Counted from the first letter of the stretch, positions 1 to 10,613 are shown. The stretch is 64,000 nt of DNA from Leptonemataceae bacterium (GCA_965227295.1 OZ245742.1:4288001-4352000), one strand, 5' to 3'. Notes: a model not told the origin generated them from the sequence alone. Program-made: numbers and translations.

Positions 1-1328
1 ACGTCCGCCTGAACCTGGTGAAACTCCTGGGGCGGGCGGTGCAGTACGACTCCGGCCTGGTGATCCATACGACCATCGACGGAGCGATGCAGGACGCCGC
101 CGTGCGCGAGACCGTGCGTTTCATCAACGAAATCGCCCCGCGTTATCCGCCGTATCGTATCGACGAAAACGGCAAACCGGTACGCAAGAGAAGTTACGGC
201 GGGCTCGTGGAGAGTTTCGAAGAGGCCCGCCTGGGGCTTGAGGTTCTCGGCGTGAACCTGCCGCGCTCGCGCAAGGCCCGCCTCCAGGCCGCCGCGGTAG
301 GCATCGATCCCGAGACGGGCGGCGTTTTATTTTTGCAGGGCGGCTCCGGCTTCGGCACGGACAATCAGTTGAATCGCGCGGTGACCATGCGCCGGCAAAC
401 CGGCAGCGCCATCAAACCGATCATCTTTTCCGCCGGCGTGGAAAGCGGGCGCATCTCCCCGGCCAGCATCATCGAGGACGAGGCCTTTCCGGAGGACGGC
501 CCGGGCCTGCCCGAGGATCCGGAGTGGAAACCGCGCAACTACAAGGACCGCTACCACGGCAAGGTTACCGCGAGATACGCTTTAGCAAAATCGCTGAACG
601 TGCCGTCGGTGAAGATCGGCTCACGCGTGGGCATGAGCCGCATCGCCGATCATTTTCGAAAGTTTTTCTTTCCGAACGAGCAGGTGTTCGCTAACCGCTT
701 TCGAAGGGATCTTACGGTGGCCATCGGTTCGCTGGAGATGTCGCCGCTGGAAATGGCGGCGGCCTACGCCGCCTTCGGCAACAACGGCGTGATTCACCGA
801 CCGCATTTGATCGAACGCATCGAAAGCGCCGACGGCGAGTTGCTTTTTTCCGGCACCGGTCGCGACGAGTTTTCCCTGCGCGTACCCGAGGAACGTACCG
901 CCATCTCCGGCGACGTCGCCCACGTTATGGCAAGCCTGCTCCGGGATTCGGCGAAGATGGGCGGCACCTACTACTCCAACGGCTCTCAGTTTCTCGGCAA
1001 GACCGGGACCTCGAACGCGAACCGCGACGCCTGGTTCGTCGGCGTCGTGCCCGGTCTTTCGGCGGCGGTGTGGGTCGGTTACGACAACCCCGCCAACAGC
1101 ATGGGTCGCGCCACGGGCGCATCCACGGCGGGGCCGCTGTGGGGCCGCATCGTTTCCCGCGGCTATCGCGTGGGCGGCAAACGTTTTCATTTTGATCCGC
1201 ACGGCGTGTATCGTACGGTATGCGTGAAGACCGGTCATCTCGCGCGCGCGCAGTGCCCGCACAAACGCGACGAGATCTTTCCGCGAAATGTGAAACCGCC
1301 GCGCTGCGAACGACACGGCGGCGAGTAA
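1..1328 (+). CDS. Penicillin-binding protein 1A-type, transpeptidase C-terminal part (5' truncated by window)
   Basis: RRQTGSAIKP (SxxK), SLN (SxN) and GKTGTSN (KTG) motifs, DAWFVG..VWVGYD. Confidence 0.9.
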   Translation, partial: VRLNLVKLLGRAVQYDSGLVIHTTIDGAMQDAAVRETVRFINEIAPRYPPYRIDENGKPVRKRSYGGLVESFEEARLGLEVLGVNLPRSRKARLQAAAVGIDPETGGVLFLQGGSGFGTDNQLNRAVTMRRQTGSAIKPIIFSAGVESGRISPASIIEDEAFPEDGPGLPEDPEWKPRNYKDRYHGKVTARYALAKSLNVPSVKIGSRVGMSRIADHFRKFFFPNEQVFANRFRRDLTVAIGSLEMSPLEMAAAYAAFGNNGVIHRPHLIERIESADGELLFSGTGRDEFSLRVPEERTAISGDVAHVMASLLRDSAKMGGTYYSNGSQFLGKTGTSNANRDAWFVGVVPGLSAAVWVGYDNPANSMGRATGASTAGPLWGRIVSRGYRVGGKRFHFDPHGVYRTVCVKTGHLARAQCPHKRDEIFPRNVKPPRCERHGGE

Positions 1329-1331
1329 CTG

Positions 1332-2456
1332 CTATTCTTCGATCATCCCGCCCACCGGTAGCACATGCACCCCGCTCGCGCCGCGCTCCTGCGCAAGTTG
1401 CGGCGTCAGTTCCAGCGGTTCCAGGATCGGTTCATCGGCTAAATCAAACGTGCCCCAGTGAATGCCGATCATGTGTTTGCCCTGCAAATCGAGAAATGCC
1501 TGCACGGCCTCGGGGGGATCGACGTGCACCTCACGCATGAACCAGCGCGGCGTGTAGGCGCCGATGGGAATCAGCGCCACGTCCGGCGCGCCCAGGCGCT
1601 CGCGAATTTTGGTAAAGTGATCGGAGTAACCGGTGTCTCCGGCGAAGTAAAACCTTAATGCATCATTGCCGGAAGTTAGTCTTTGTTCGATCATCCAGCT
1701 CGCCCAGAGCGTGCTGTTGCGATCCACACCGCTGCGTCCGGAAAAGTGCCGCGCCGGCGTACAGTGCACGCGCAGATCACGAAAGTCCGCGTACTGATTC
1801 CAGTCCATGGCCGTAATGCGCGAAGCCGGCACGCCGAAGGACCGCAGGCGTTGGTCGACGCCCAGGGGGACGAAGTACCGCGGACGATGGTGTTGCTCCA
1901 GGCCGTCGACGCTTTCCACGTCCAGATGATCGTAGTGATCATGCGAGATCACCACCGCGTCGACGTACGGAAGATCCTCGAGATCGACGGCCAGGGGAAC
2001 CAGGCGCTGCGGCCCCGCGAACGAAACCGGACTCGCGCGATTGCCGAAGATGGGGTCCGTAAGAACCGTGGTGGGACGCTCGCCGGCCCGACCGGAACGC
2101 AACACGATGTAAGCCGTGGCCTGGCCGAGCCAGTGCACGCGAAAACGCCGCGGCGCGGCCGCGTTACGTAAGTCGTTCGCGTCTATGGATTGATGCGGAA
2201 TGCCTTTGTAATCTTTACCGGACTCGAAGCCTTTGCCGGCCAACCAGCCCACGGCCCGCCAGGTGGAGTAATCGTTCTTCGGCCAGATGTTGCGATAACC
2301 CCCGGTGAGGTCGTGGTGTTTGGTATGATAGTACGGTTGCGTGATGATTTCCAGCGGTGGGACTTCCGTGGTGCTACCGCGATCGGCGGACAGCACGGCC
2401 GGAGCTACTGCGATCACGGCGCCGAGGAACAGGCGCAGGGCGAACGGTCGATTCAT
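1332..2456 (-). CDS. Secreted MBL-fold metallo-hydrolase (NAPE-PLD/RomA-like)
   Basis: ISHDHYDHLD (HxHxDH), FAGDTGY, IPIGAY, IHWGTF; signal peptide from ATG 2456 (ORF track starts at 2492). Confidence 0.88.
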   Translation of the reverse strand: MNRPFALRLFLGAVIAVAPAVLSADRGSTTEVPPLEIITQPYYHTKHHDLTGGYRNIWPKNDYSTWRAVGWLAGKGFESGKDYKGIPHQSIDANDLRNAAAPRRFRVHWLGQATAYIVLRSGRAGERPTTVLTDPIFGNRASPVSFAGPQRLVPLAVDLEDLPYVDAVVISHDHYDHLDVESVDGLEQHHRPRYFVPLGVDQRLRSFGVPASRITAMDWNQYADFRDLRVHCTPARHFSGRSGVDRNSTLWASWMIEQRLTSGNDALRFYFAGDTGYSDHFTKIRERLGAPDVALIPIGAYTPRWFMREVHVDPPEAVQAFLDLQGKHMIGIHWGTFDLADEPILEPLELTPQLAQERGASGVHVLPVGGMIEE

Positions 2457-2600
2457 AACATTTAAGTTACGAAGCGTGCGGGCATCCGTCACTCCCGATA
2501 CGAAAAATCGTTCTCGCGCATTGTGCCCCTGCGGCGCGGCCGGAACGTATTTTATGCATTCGTTGCTCGACTTCGGAGGCGCCCGATCTTTCTTTTACTC

Positions 2601-4985
2601 ATGCGCACAGCCCTGAGTCGTCCTCGACGCATCGCACTCATCTGTCTGATAGCCGTTGTCCTGGTGCCCCTCCTTGCCGTGGCCCGTTGCTCTCTGCTTA
2701 CGACGCGGCTGCCCGCGGAACGCAGCCGGGCCGAACGCCACGCCGACTTTCCCACGGGCCCGCTGCCCGTGCAACAATCTGTACACGTCTACTGGAACGA
2801 CGCTCAGGTACCGTTCATCGACGCGCGGGACGACCACGATCTCTTCTTCGCCCTGGGACTGGTCCATGCCCATCTGCGCCTGGGACAAATGGAAACCCTG
2901 CGCCGCATCGCGAAGGGACGCATCAGTGAAATGGCGGGTCCGCTGACGACGGACATCGATCATGCGCTGCGCATCATCGGGTTTGCCCGGGCCGGGGCGA
3001 GGAGCGTCGACGCCCTGCGTCCGGATACGCGCCGGTTCGTTGAAGAGTACGTGCGCGGCATTAATTTTTACGCAGCGAATCTTAAGAAAGAAGGGCGCCT
3101 GCCCTACGAGTTCGCCGCTCTGAACTTCGAGTGGGAACCCTGGAGCGTTGCCGATGTCATGACCCTCGGCCGTCTCGCCGCTACGGATGTGAACTGGCTG
3201 TTGTGGTTGCGCCTCTTGAGTTTTTCGGATCATCCGAAGTACGACGAACTCCGCGGTCGATACATGCGCATCGGCTCCGGATCCCTTCCGTCGTTTGCGG
3301 CCGGTGCTCTCAAGCGAAGTCCTGCGAATCGCGGCGCACAGCGCGAACTGCTCGCGTCGTTGCTCGCCGGCCACAGTCGCTCCGGTTCGAATTCGTTCGT
3401 CCTCGCCCGGGATCGCTTTCGCGCACCCGACGGCACGCCCGCCGCGGCGGTGGTCAGCGATCCGCACCTGGGCATTCTGATTCCGAACGTGTGGATTATC
3501 GCCGGTTACCGCTCGCCGTCGTTCCACGCCGTGGGACTCATGATCCCGGGCCTGCCGATCCTGGGCCTGGGTCGTAACCGGGACATCGCCTGGGGCGGCA
3601 CGAACATGCGCTCGCGCTCCAGCGACCTCTACGACGTCACTAACATTCCCGAATCAGAACTTACCATACAGACAGAACGCATTCGGGTCCGTTCTTTTTT
3701 CGATGAGGAACGCCGCGTACGCATGTCTCCTCACGGCCCGGTGCTCTCCGACGCCGCTCTCATCGAAGGCGCGGGGGAACGACGCATCGCGCTGCGCTGG
3801 GTGGGCCACGACGCCTCCGACGAGATCTCGGCCTTCCTGGATATGCAACGCGCAAGTGACTTCCAGGAATTCCGCCGCGCCTTTCAAAGCTACGCGGTAT
3901 CCGGGCAGAACTTCCTGTACGCCGACCGCCGGGGCAACATCGGCCAGATCGCGGCCTACCGGCAACCGTTGCGTCGGGCCTCGGAACATGATCCGCTGGT
4001 GCTGGATCCCGACAACCCGGCCCATCGCTGGAGCGGCTTTCGCGATCCCACGCAGTTGCCGTACGCCTACAATCCCGCGGAAGGTTTTCTCGCCTCGGCG
4101 AACAACAAACCCATGCACGTCGATCCGCCCATCTCGCCGTTCTTCGGCAGCAACGATCGCATCCGCCGCCTCAAACAATTGCTCGCCCGGGACCGCGGCG
4201 TGCTGGATCGTGAAGCCCTGAACGCCGTGCAACAGGACGTCTATTCCATCTCAGGTGTGGAGGTCCGCGACGCTTTGCTCGCGGCTTTGAATGCGAAAAA
4301 GACCGCGCACGCGAAAGTAAACAACCAGGCCGGTGAAGTTTACAGGGCCTTTGCTGATTGGGACGGCAACTATGATCGCGATTCCACCGGAGCGCTCGCC
4401 TTTCAGTTGATCATTAAGTATCTCGCAGAAGAAGTTTACGGAGATATCTACGGCGAAGAATTTCCTTCTGCGCTGCTGTCCTCGGAACTCACGCTGCGCT
4501 TTTTAAAGGATGATCTGAGCGGTCCGTATCGTCCGCGGATTCTTGCCGCCCTTCCCGCGGCCTTTCGCCGGGCGCGCGCGCCTTTCGAAGAATTCGGGGC
4601 CTGGGGTGAGATGCATCGCTTGCGACTGGCGCATCCCCTGGGGAACATTCCCTGGCTCGGCGCACGCTATCGTTTGTACGAGGCGCCGGCGGACGGTTCG
4701 GCGACGACCCTCTGGAAGACGGCGCATAACATTACGGACGAAAAGCACTACACCAGCTACGGCGCAAACGCCCGGCACATCTCTCTCATGCACGACGACG
4801 ACGCGAACTACTTTGTATTACTCGGCGGCCAGGACGGTCGCTTCTCCACGCCGAATCTGATCGACCAGACCGAACTCTGGATGCGCGGCGAGTTCATACG
4901 AGTGCCGCTGCGCCTGGAAACGGTACGGCGCGAGTTCACGTACGTTTCGAAACTCAGCCCGAACGCATCAGGCGGCGAACCATAA
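2601..4985 (+). CDS. Penicillin acylase family (Ntn hydrolase) protein
   Basis: GSNSFV autoprocessing motif, DPHL, SANN, N-terminal TM anchor; start chosen at ATG 2601. Confidence 0.9.
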   Translation: MRTALSRPRRIALICLIAVVLVPLLAVARCSLLTTRLPAERSRAERHADFPTGPLPVQQSVHVYWNDAQVPFIDARDDHDLFFALGLVHAHLRLGQMETLRRIAKGRISEMAGPLTTDIDHALRIIGFARAGARSVDALRPDTRRFVEEYVRGINFYAANLKKEGRLPYEFAALNFEWEPWSVADVMTLGRLAATDVNWLLWLRLLSFSDHPKYDELRGRYMRIGSGSLPSFAAGALKRSPANRGAQRELLASLLAGHSRSGSNSFVLARDRFRAPDGTPAAAVVSDPHLGILIPNVWIIAGYRSPSFHAVGLMIPGLPILGLGRNRDIAWGGTNMRSRSSDLYDVTNIPESELTIQTERIRVRSFFDEERRVRMSPHGPVLSDAALIEGAGERRIALRWVGHDASDEISAFLDMQRASDFQEFRRAFQSYAVSGQNFLYADRRGNIGQIAAYRQPLRRASEHDPLVLDPDNPAHRWSGFRDPTQLPYAYNPAEGFLASANNKPMHVDPPISPFFGSNDRIRRLKQLLARDRGVLDREALNAVQQDVYSISGVEVRDALLAALNAKKTAHAKVNNQAGEVYRAFADWDGNYDRDSTGALAFQLIIKYLAEEVYGDIYGEEFPSALLSSELTLRFLKDDLSGPYRPRILAALPAAFRRARAPFEEFGAWGEMHRLRLAHPLGNIPWLGARYRLYEAPADGSATTLWKTAHNITDEKHYTSYGANARHISLMHDDDANYFVLLGGQDGRFSTPNLIDQTELWMRGEFIRVPLRLETVRREFTYVSKLSPNASGGEP

Positions 4986-5024
4986 CGGCAGAATCATTCA
5001 AGTCGCGCGGAACCGGCGCGTGAT

Positions 5025-5915
5025 ATGCTCCATGCTCCTATGTTGCATCACAAATCCCCTGCTTACACCGTGGACGAATGGCAGGACCGCGGTAACTTCT
5101 TCGAACACAACGGTCACAACATCTTTTACATCGAAGCCGGCGCGGGGGATCCGCTGCTGTTGATCCACGGCTTTCCGACCTCGTCCTTCGATTGGAACTA
5201 CGTCTGGAACGATCTGAGCCGACGCTATCGAGTGATTGCTCCGGACCTGATCGGCTACGGTTTCTCGGCGAAACCGAAGGGCTACGCCTACTCGATCATG
5301 GACCAGGCCGATCTCTGCGAGGGCCTCTTACGGCACCTCGGCATTGCCACTGCCGGCACGGGCATCCTCGCCCACGACTACGGCGACACCGTGGCCCAGG
5401 AGCTGCTCGCGCGGCACGAAGATTGGAAGTTCATTTGTTTCTTGAACGGCGGTATCATGCCCGAGTCCCACCGCCCGCGTTTGATTCAGAAGTTGCTGCT
5501 GAGTCCCATCGGCTTTCTCGTAACGCGGCTCATCACCGAACGTACGTTTCGAAAAAACTTCGCCGCGGTCTTCGGACCGAACACGCAGCCGTCCGACGCA
5601 GAGCTGAAGGATTTCTGGCGCCTCATCGAACACAACGACGGCGTGCGGGTCTACCATCTTCTGATTCGCTACATCACGGAGCGGCACAAACATCGCGAGC
5701 GCTGGGTGGAACCGTTGCGCTCTTCAAAAGTTCCGCTGCGACTGATCGACGGGCCGGAGGATCCGGTCTCCGGTCGGCACCTGGCGGAACGTTATCGCGA
5801 ATATGCCGGCGAGAAAGCGGATGTGGTTCTGCTCGACGGCATCGGACACTATCCGCAAACGGAAGCGCCGGAAGACGTGCTGAAGGCATTTTTCGAATTT
5901 GTGGAACGACTGTAG
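5025..5915 (+). CDS. Alpha/beta hydrolase (epoxide hydrolase/MEST-like)
   Basis: HGFPTSS, AHDYG nucleophile, GHYPQ.E. Confidence 0.9.
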   Translation: MLHAPMLHHKSPAYTVDEWQDRGNFFEHNGHNIFYIEAGAGDPLLLIHGFPTSSFDWNYVWNDLSRRYRVIAPDLIGYGFSAKPKGYAYSIMDQADLCEGLLRHLGIATAGTGILAHDYGDTVAQELLARHEDWKFICFLNGGIMPESHRPRLIQKLLLSPIGFLVTRLITERTFRKNFAAVFGPNTQPSDAELKDFWRLIEHNDGVRVYHLLIRYITERHKHRERWVEPLRSSKVPLRLIDGPEDPVSGRHLAERYREYAGEKADVVLLDGIGHYPQTEAPEDVLKAFFEFVERL

Positions 5916-5966
5916 CCGTGGAGCCGTTTGCGTTGACGTTTCCGGTGTCCCACCGCGTCGTGTGAC

Positions 5967-6872
5967 ATGCCGAAGCGCAACCCGCTGTACCTCATCGACG
6001 CCAGTGTCTACATCTTCCGCGCTTACTTCTCGATCCCGGAAAGCATGCGCGACTCCGCAGGCCGGCCGGTGAACGCCCTCTACGGCTTCACCGATTTTCT
6101 TACAAAGTTTCTCGCGCAAACCAAAGCAACCCACGCGGCCGCCTTCTTCGACGAAAGCCTCACCACCTCGTTTCGTAACGACTTCTTCCCGGAGTACAAG
6201 GCCAACCGGGCCCTGCCGCCGGAAGATCTCAAGCGCCAGCTCCAACTCTGTCGTGAAGTCGCGTCGCTCCTGGGCCTCGCCGAATTCGCGGACAACGTCT
6301 ACGAGGCGGACGATCTCATCGGCACGGCCATGAAAAAATTGCGGCGTAGTGCTAAGTTTCGTTTTGTTATTGTTACTTCGGACAAGGATCTCGCGCAATT
6401 GATCGTCGCCAGAGACGGGGACGAGCTCTGGGACTACGCGAAAGACGTTCGGTACAATGCGAAGGCGGTGCGCGAAAAGTTCGGCGTCCCCCCGGAGGCC
6501 GTGGCGGATTACCTGGCATTGGCCGGGGATGCGGTGGACAACGTGCCGGGCCTGAAAGGCATCGGGGCGAAGACGGCGGCGACGTTGCTTGCGAAGTACG
6601 GCAGCCTCGAACAACTGCTCAAACATCCGGAGCGCATCGTCAAGGACGGCGCCGTACGCGGCGCGGAAAAAATCGCCCGCACCCTGAGCGAAAACGCGGA
6701 CGAGGCCCGGTTGTACCGGCGGGTCACGGAAATCGCCGTGAATGCCCCGGTAAGTGTTACCGAAAAAAAGTTACGCCGGCAGGGCCCTCGACTGAAAGAG
6801 CTGCGCGCTTTCTTCGAACGTGAAGGCTTCGGTTTGCGCCTGTATGAGCGCATCGAAAAAGAACTCGGCTGA
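5967..6872 (+). CDS. Stand-alone 5'-3' exonuclease / flap endonuclease
   Basis: LIDAS..FRAY, EYKANR, YEADDLI, SDKDL, GDAVDNVPG..GIG.KTA (H3TH); no polymerase domain. Confidence 0.92.
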   Translation: MPKRNPLYLIDASVYIFRAYFSIPESMRDSAGRPVNALYGFTDFLTKFLAQTKATHAAAFFDESLTTSFRNDFFPEYKANRALPPEDLKRQLQLCREVASLLGLAEFADNVYEADDLIGTAMKKLRRSAKFRFVIVTSDKDLAQLIVARDGDELWDYAKDVRYNAKAVREKFGVPPEAVADYLALAGDAVDNVPGLKGIGAKTAATLLAKYGSLEQLLKHPERIVKDGAVRGAEKIARTLSENADEARLYRRVTEIAVNAPVSVTEKKLRRQGPRLKELRAFFEREGFGLRLYERIEKELG

Positions 6873-6959
6873 CTACGCTGTGCCGAAAAACGGCTTGCCG
6901 ACCTTCCGCGCTGTGATGCACTGAGTCAGGTTCGGCGCGGATGCGCACACCTCCGGCCT

Positions 6960-7574
6960 ATGACCGAATTCGAAACCTTCCAGTTGATCGTCGTTGCGGT
7001 GGCCCTGAGTGCCGTCTGCGGCCTCCGTGTCTTCGTGCCGCCGCTCTTCTTAAGCATTACGGCACAGCTCGGCTGGATCGGCGTGGCCGAGGACTTCGCC
7101 TGGATGGCGACACCGGAAGCGTCGTTCGCCTTCGGCGCGGCCGTGTTGCTCGAAGTTTCCAGTTACTATATCCCCGTCCTCGACAATCTCTTCGATACCA
7201 TCGCGAGTCCTCTGGCCGTCATCGCGGGCAGCGTCATTGCCGCGTCGCAGTTGTTCGGCCTCGAACTGCTCGCCGATCAACCCGTGGCGGGTTGGGCCGT
7301 GGCGGTCGTCGCCGGCGGCGGCCTGGCCGGAATCATTCAGGCCGTCACCGTGGCCGTGCGCGCGGTGTCCACGTCCATGACCGCCGGCCTGGGCAACGCC
7401 CTCGTCGCCACTCTGGAACTGCTGGGCTCCATCGTCTTCGCCGTGCTGTCCGTGGTCGTCCCCTTCGTCGCGGTAACCTTGTTAATCGGTTTCATCTTCC
7501 TGGGCATGCACACGTGGCTCCGCCATCGCCATTCCCATAGAAAAGAAAAATCCGAGGACTCCGCTCAGGTATAA
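6960..7574 (+). CDS. DUF4126-like membrane protein
   Basis: GLRVFVP, YYIP.LDNL.D, RA.ST..TAGLGN.LVAT.E; multiple TM helices. Confidence 0.8.
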   Translation: MTEFETFQLIVVAVALSAVCGLRVFVPPLFLSITAQLGWIGVAEDFAWMATPEASFAFGAAVLLEVSSYYIPVLDNLFDTIASPLAVIAGSVIAASQLFGLELLADQPVAGWAVAVVAGGGLAGIIQAVTVAVRAVSTSMTAGLGNALVATLELLGSIVFAVLSVVVPFVAVTLLIGFIFLGMHTWLRHRHSHRKEKSEDSAQV

Positions 7575-7580
7575 ATCATT

Positions 7581-8096
7581 TTGTCTTACTACGGGAAGAC
7601 GATCTACATCCCCGGCGTTGATCGCGAGGACCAGGTTACCGGAAGGATCGAACGGCATCGGGCGCATCGTGAAGCTCTGCTGCACCGGGCCTTCACCGTC
7701 GCCGTGTACTACGACGATCGCATCGTCTGCCAGCATCGCCGGCATCCCGTCTTCGACGCCGTCCTGGACCTCACCGCTTCTTCGCATCCGTACTATGAAG
7801 GCGAGGAACTCATCGACTGCGCGTCCATGATTCTGCCCACGCTCCGGCGCGAATGGAGTTTCGTCGACGACCTGGTCGGCGCCGCGAGGCTCCTCGGCAA
7901 GGTCCACTACAAAGAACACGACGGCGAGTGGTGGGAACACGAGATCTGCGAGCTGTATGCCGTCGATTCTAAACATTTGCCCGCCGTAAACTACGAGTAC
8001 GCCTACGGCATGTCCCTTCTTTCTCCGGGCGAACTCCGTCGACAAAAACACCTGGCGCCGTGGGTGCGCGCCTTTCTGGAAGAGGGTCTGCTGTAA
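7581..8096 (+). CDS. Isopentenyl-diphosphate isomerase type 1-like NUDIX protein
   Basis: HRAFTV, ASSHP, EHEIC motifs; TTG start uncertain. Confidence 0.7.
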   Translation: MSYYGKTIYIPGVDREDQVTGRIERHRAHREALLHRAFTVAVYYDDRIVCQHRRHPVFDAVLDLTASSHPYYEGEELIDCASMILPTLRREWSFVDDLVGAARLLGKVHYKEHDGEWWEHEICELYAVDSKHLPAVNYEYAYGMSLLSPGELRRQKHLAPWVRAFLEEGLL

Positions 8097-8099
8097 TCC

Positions 8100-9197
8100 A
8101 TGTTTCGCAGCCTGCGCTCCCGCATTCCGGACATCGTCTACGCCGCCTGGCGCGAGTACGGTGATCCGCGTCGAATCACCGGCATCGTCGAGGTCAGCGC
8201 TCAGGTTTCCACGAACCAGGTCTTTCGCATCGAGCTGGAGGATCGCAGCACGCTCATCGCCAAGATTTCTTCGTACGGAAGTTACTATCTGTTTCGCGAG
8301 GATCACGATCGCATCGATCTTTTGCACCGCCTCCTGGCCGGCGGGCCGTACGAAAACTTTCTGGCCGGCTCGTTGCACAAGGACGGCCATCTGTTCATTT
8401 ATCACGACGAGTACGTCTGGGCCATCTTTTATCACGACATACCGAAGAAGCAATTTTTACCGCGCATCTTAACTGAAGAACAGATCCGCGGCCTCGCCCG
8501 GGAAATGGCCGCCTTTCACAACGCCTGCGATTCCGTGGCGGATCAGATGCCGCTCACGTCCAAGTCCATCAAGTCGGACATCATTCACCTGCTCGAACTG
8601 GTACGCGATCGCCACTTTTCGCGCCGGTTCCCGTTCGGTCGCAACCGTCGACGCCTGCTGGAATATCACTGCCACGAGTTTCTGGAAAATCTCACGCGCA
8701 TGCGCTACGGTTACTGGCGCAAGATCCCCGTGCTCATCGACTGGAACCTCGGCAATTTTTCCGTGGAATTTCCGCGCTGGGACGAATTCAACGAAGAAGA
8801 CCGCGACGCGAGCCGTCTGCCCGGCTTTCGTTTTTACAGCCGCTGGGACTACGATTGGTTTCGCATTGAACCGCCGGGCCTGGACTTTTACTTCTGTTCC
8901 CGCGTCGCCAGCAAAGTCGGCGATCGCACGGTCTTCAGTTATCTCGCCGATCCGCTGCTTGAGCCGCGCTTTCGCATCTTTCTGCGCGAGTACCACCGCG
9001 TTCGCGCGCTAACTTTAGATGATTTGCTCTTTCTGAAAGAATCGTACCGTTTTTTCATTCTAAACTACGTGATCCTCGAGGGCGATCACTTCTTTCGCAA
9101 AAGCTACTGCGACCGGTTGCGCAAGGAATCCGTAGACGTGTATTTGCCGGGGCTGGAGGAGCTGGACTTCGGGGATTTGCGTGAGGTGATTGAGTAA
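8100..9197 (+). CDS. Aminoglycoside/choline phosphotransferase-like kinase
   Basis: IAK, LAREMAAFH, IDWNLGNF catalytic-loop-like, WDYDW Mg-binding-like motifs. Confidence 0.65.
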   Translation: MFRSLRSRIPDIVYAAWREYGDPRRITGIVEVSAQVSTNQVFRIELEDRSTLIAKISSYGSYYLFREDHDRIDLLHRLLAGGPYENFLAGSLHKDGHLFIYHDEYVWAIFYHDIPKKQFLPRILTEEQIRGLAREMAAFHNACDSVADQMPLTSKSIKSDIIHLLELVRDRHFSRRFPFGRNRRRLLEYHCHEFLENLTRMRYGYWRKIPVLIDWNLGNFSVEFPRWDEFNEEDRDASRLPGFRFYSRWDYDWFRIEPPGLDFYFCSRVASKVGDRTVFSYLADPLLEPRFRIFLREYHRVRALTLDDLLFLKESYRFFILNYVILEGDHFFRKSYCDRLRKESVDVYLPGLEELDFGDLREVIE

Positions 9198-9224
9198 AAT
9201 CAGGTGAGCAACCTGAAACCAATT

Positions 9225-9355
9225 GGGCGTCTCGGAAGGCGCCAGGCCCAGGCGCCTTCCGACCGCGCTACTCCGGGCTCCGCTATCGCTTCGGTCCTCC
9301 GCTTCGCTCCGGACTCGCGGCTTCGCCGCGACCCTGCGTATCGCTGACGCAAAGA
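9225..9355 (+). repeat. Structured intergenic element, copy A
   Basis: GGGCGTC-hairpin-CCGCGCT...ATCGCTGACGC-AAAGA; aligns by eye with the six other copies. Confidence 0.9.
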
Positions 9356-9402
9356 CCTGACTCCCGTCGCCACCCCCTCGGCACCTCGGTGGTATCCAAT
9401 CC

Positions 9403-10242
9403 TCAAGTCATAATCGAATCAAACATGAACGTCGGGATAATGCCGCTGCTCCGAATCTGCATGCGCGCTTTCTCTTTCAGCGTGTTCCCGGAGAGCACCA
9501 GCGCCGTATCGATGCCGAACTGATTCGCCCCCAGAATGTCCGTGTGCAACGTATCGCCCACCATGAGTATCTCGGACTTCTTAACATCCGGCAAAAGTTC
9601 CTTAGCGCGAGCAAAAGCGTACGAGAAAATCTGCGTATCCGGTTTGCCGAAGCGCACGAACGTACGACCCAGAATGCTTTCGATCATGGTGGCGAGACTG
9701 CCCACGGCCACCGCGATCCGCCGGGAGTTCACCGGATACGAGGCGTCCGTGTTGGCGACGATTACGGGCACGTTCACCTCACGCAAAATATTCAAGGTTT
9801 CGTTCAAATGCAAAAACCAATCAAAACCCTCGTCGTCCATGAAAGCGACGGCACCCAGACCGTGCGCGTCACTGACTTCGGCGATGGGCACCGCGGTGCA
9901 ACCGGCGGATTCAATGTAGTACGCCGACGGCGGCTGACCGAGATAGGCCACCACGCGCCGGTCCCGGGGAACCTTGGCCGCGAGAAACTGCGCGGCGAGC
10001 ATGCCCGACGAAACGATCTGCTCACGCGGTACCAGTTCGTTGTACGATTTCACCATGACGTCCGGCGACTTCGAGGCGTCGTTGGTGATGACGTAACTGC
10101 GCACGCCGTCGGCCGTGAGACCGGCGAGGACTTCCGGCACGCCGTCGATGATGCCCCGGGAGTTACGCAAAACGCCGTAGGCGTCGAAGAAAATCACCCG
10201 GTAATGGCGGGCCGCGGCGGCGAAGGATACATCCGTTTTCAT
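9403..10242 (-). CDS. HAD-superfamily subfamily IIA hydrolase (NagD-like)
   Basis: FDAYGVL, ITND, GKP, MVGDTLHTDILGA. Confidence 0.92.
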   Translation of the reverse strand: MKTDVSFAAAARHYRVIFFDAYGVLRNSRGIIDGVPEVLAGLTADGVRSYVITNDASKSPDVMVKSYNELVPREQIVSSGMLAAQFLAAKVPRDRRVVAYLGQPPSAYYIESAGCTAVPIAEVSDAHGLGAVAFMDDEGFDWFLHLNETLNILREVNVPVIVANTDASYPVNSRRIAVAVGSLATMIESILGRTFVRFGKPDTQIFSYAFARAKELLPDVKKSEILMVGDTLHTDILGANQFGIDTALVLSGNTLKEKARMQIRSSGIIPTFMFDSIMT

Positions 10243-10268
10243 AGCTTATGTAGTACGATTCTCCAGGC

Positions 10269-10532
10269 TTAACTCAGCCGATCGATGACGGCCGCAACGA
10301 TGGGTGCCAGGGCTCCGATGAAAAAAGCCAGGCGCGGCCGCGGTACGCCCCGGACCAAAAACTGCGCGGCGAGAGCATAGCCCAGGCCGGCGACGAAACC
10401 CAGGATCGCTCCTGTAACCGCGCCGAGAATCAGCGCGGGCATCATGCCGCCCGGGCCCCCGCCGGTGGCCAGCGCCGCCGGTCCGCCGGCGATCAGTCCG
10501 CCCAGAAATCCCATCCCGATGCATTTCAACAT
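10269..10532 (-). CDS. Small hydrophobic membrane protein
   Basis: 87 aa Gly/Ala-rich ORF with about 3 hydrophobic segments filling the intergenic gap. Confidence 0.55.
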   Translation of the reverse strand: MLKCIGMGFLGGLIAGGPAALATGGGPGGMMPALILGAVTGAILGFVAGLGYALAAQFLVRGVPRPRLAFFIGALAPIVAAVIDRLS

Positions 10533-10576
10533 GTGTTACTACCTATCCGCTTTCCCTGCGCCGCCACAATTTCGGG

Positions 10577-10608
10577 CTTGAGTCTCCCCCGGGGGAGACT
10601 TCAAGATT
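10577..10608 (+). promoter_or_regulatory. MerR-type promoter/operator
   Basis: TTGAGT (10578-83), 19 bp spacer, AAGATT; perfect 20-bp dyad AGTCTCCCCC/GGGGGAGACT at 10581-10600; upstream of an operon encoding a MerR regulator. Confidence 0.75.
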
Positions 10609-10613
10609 GCAAA

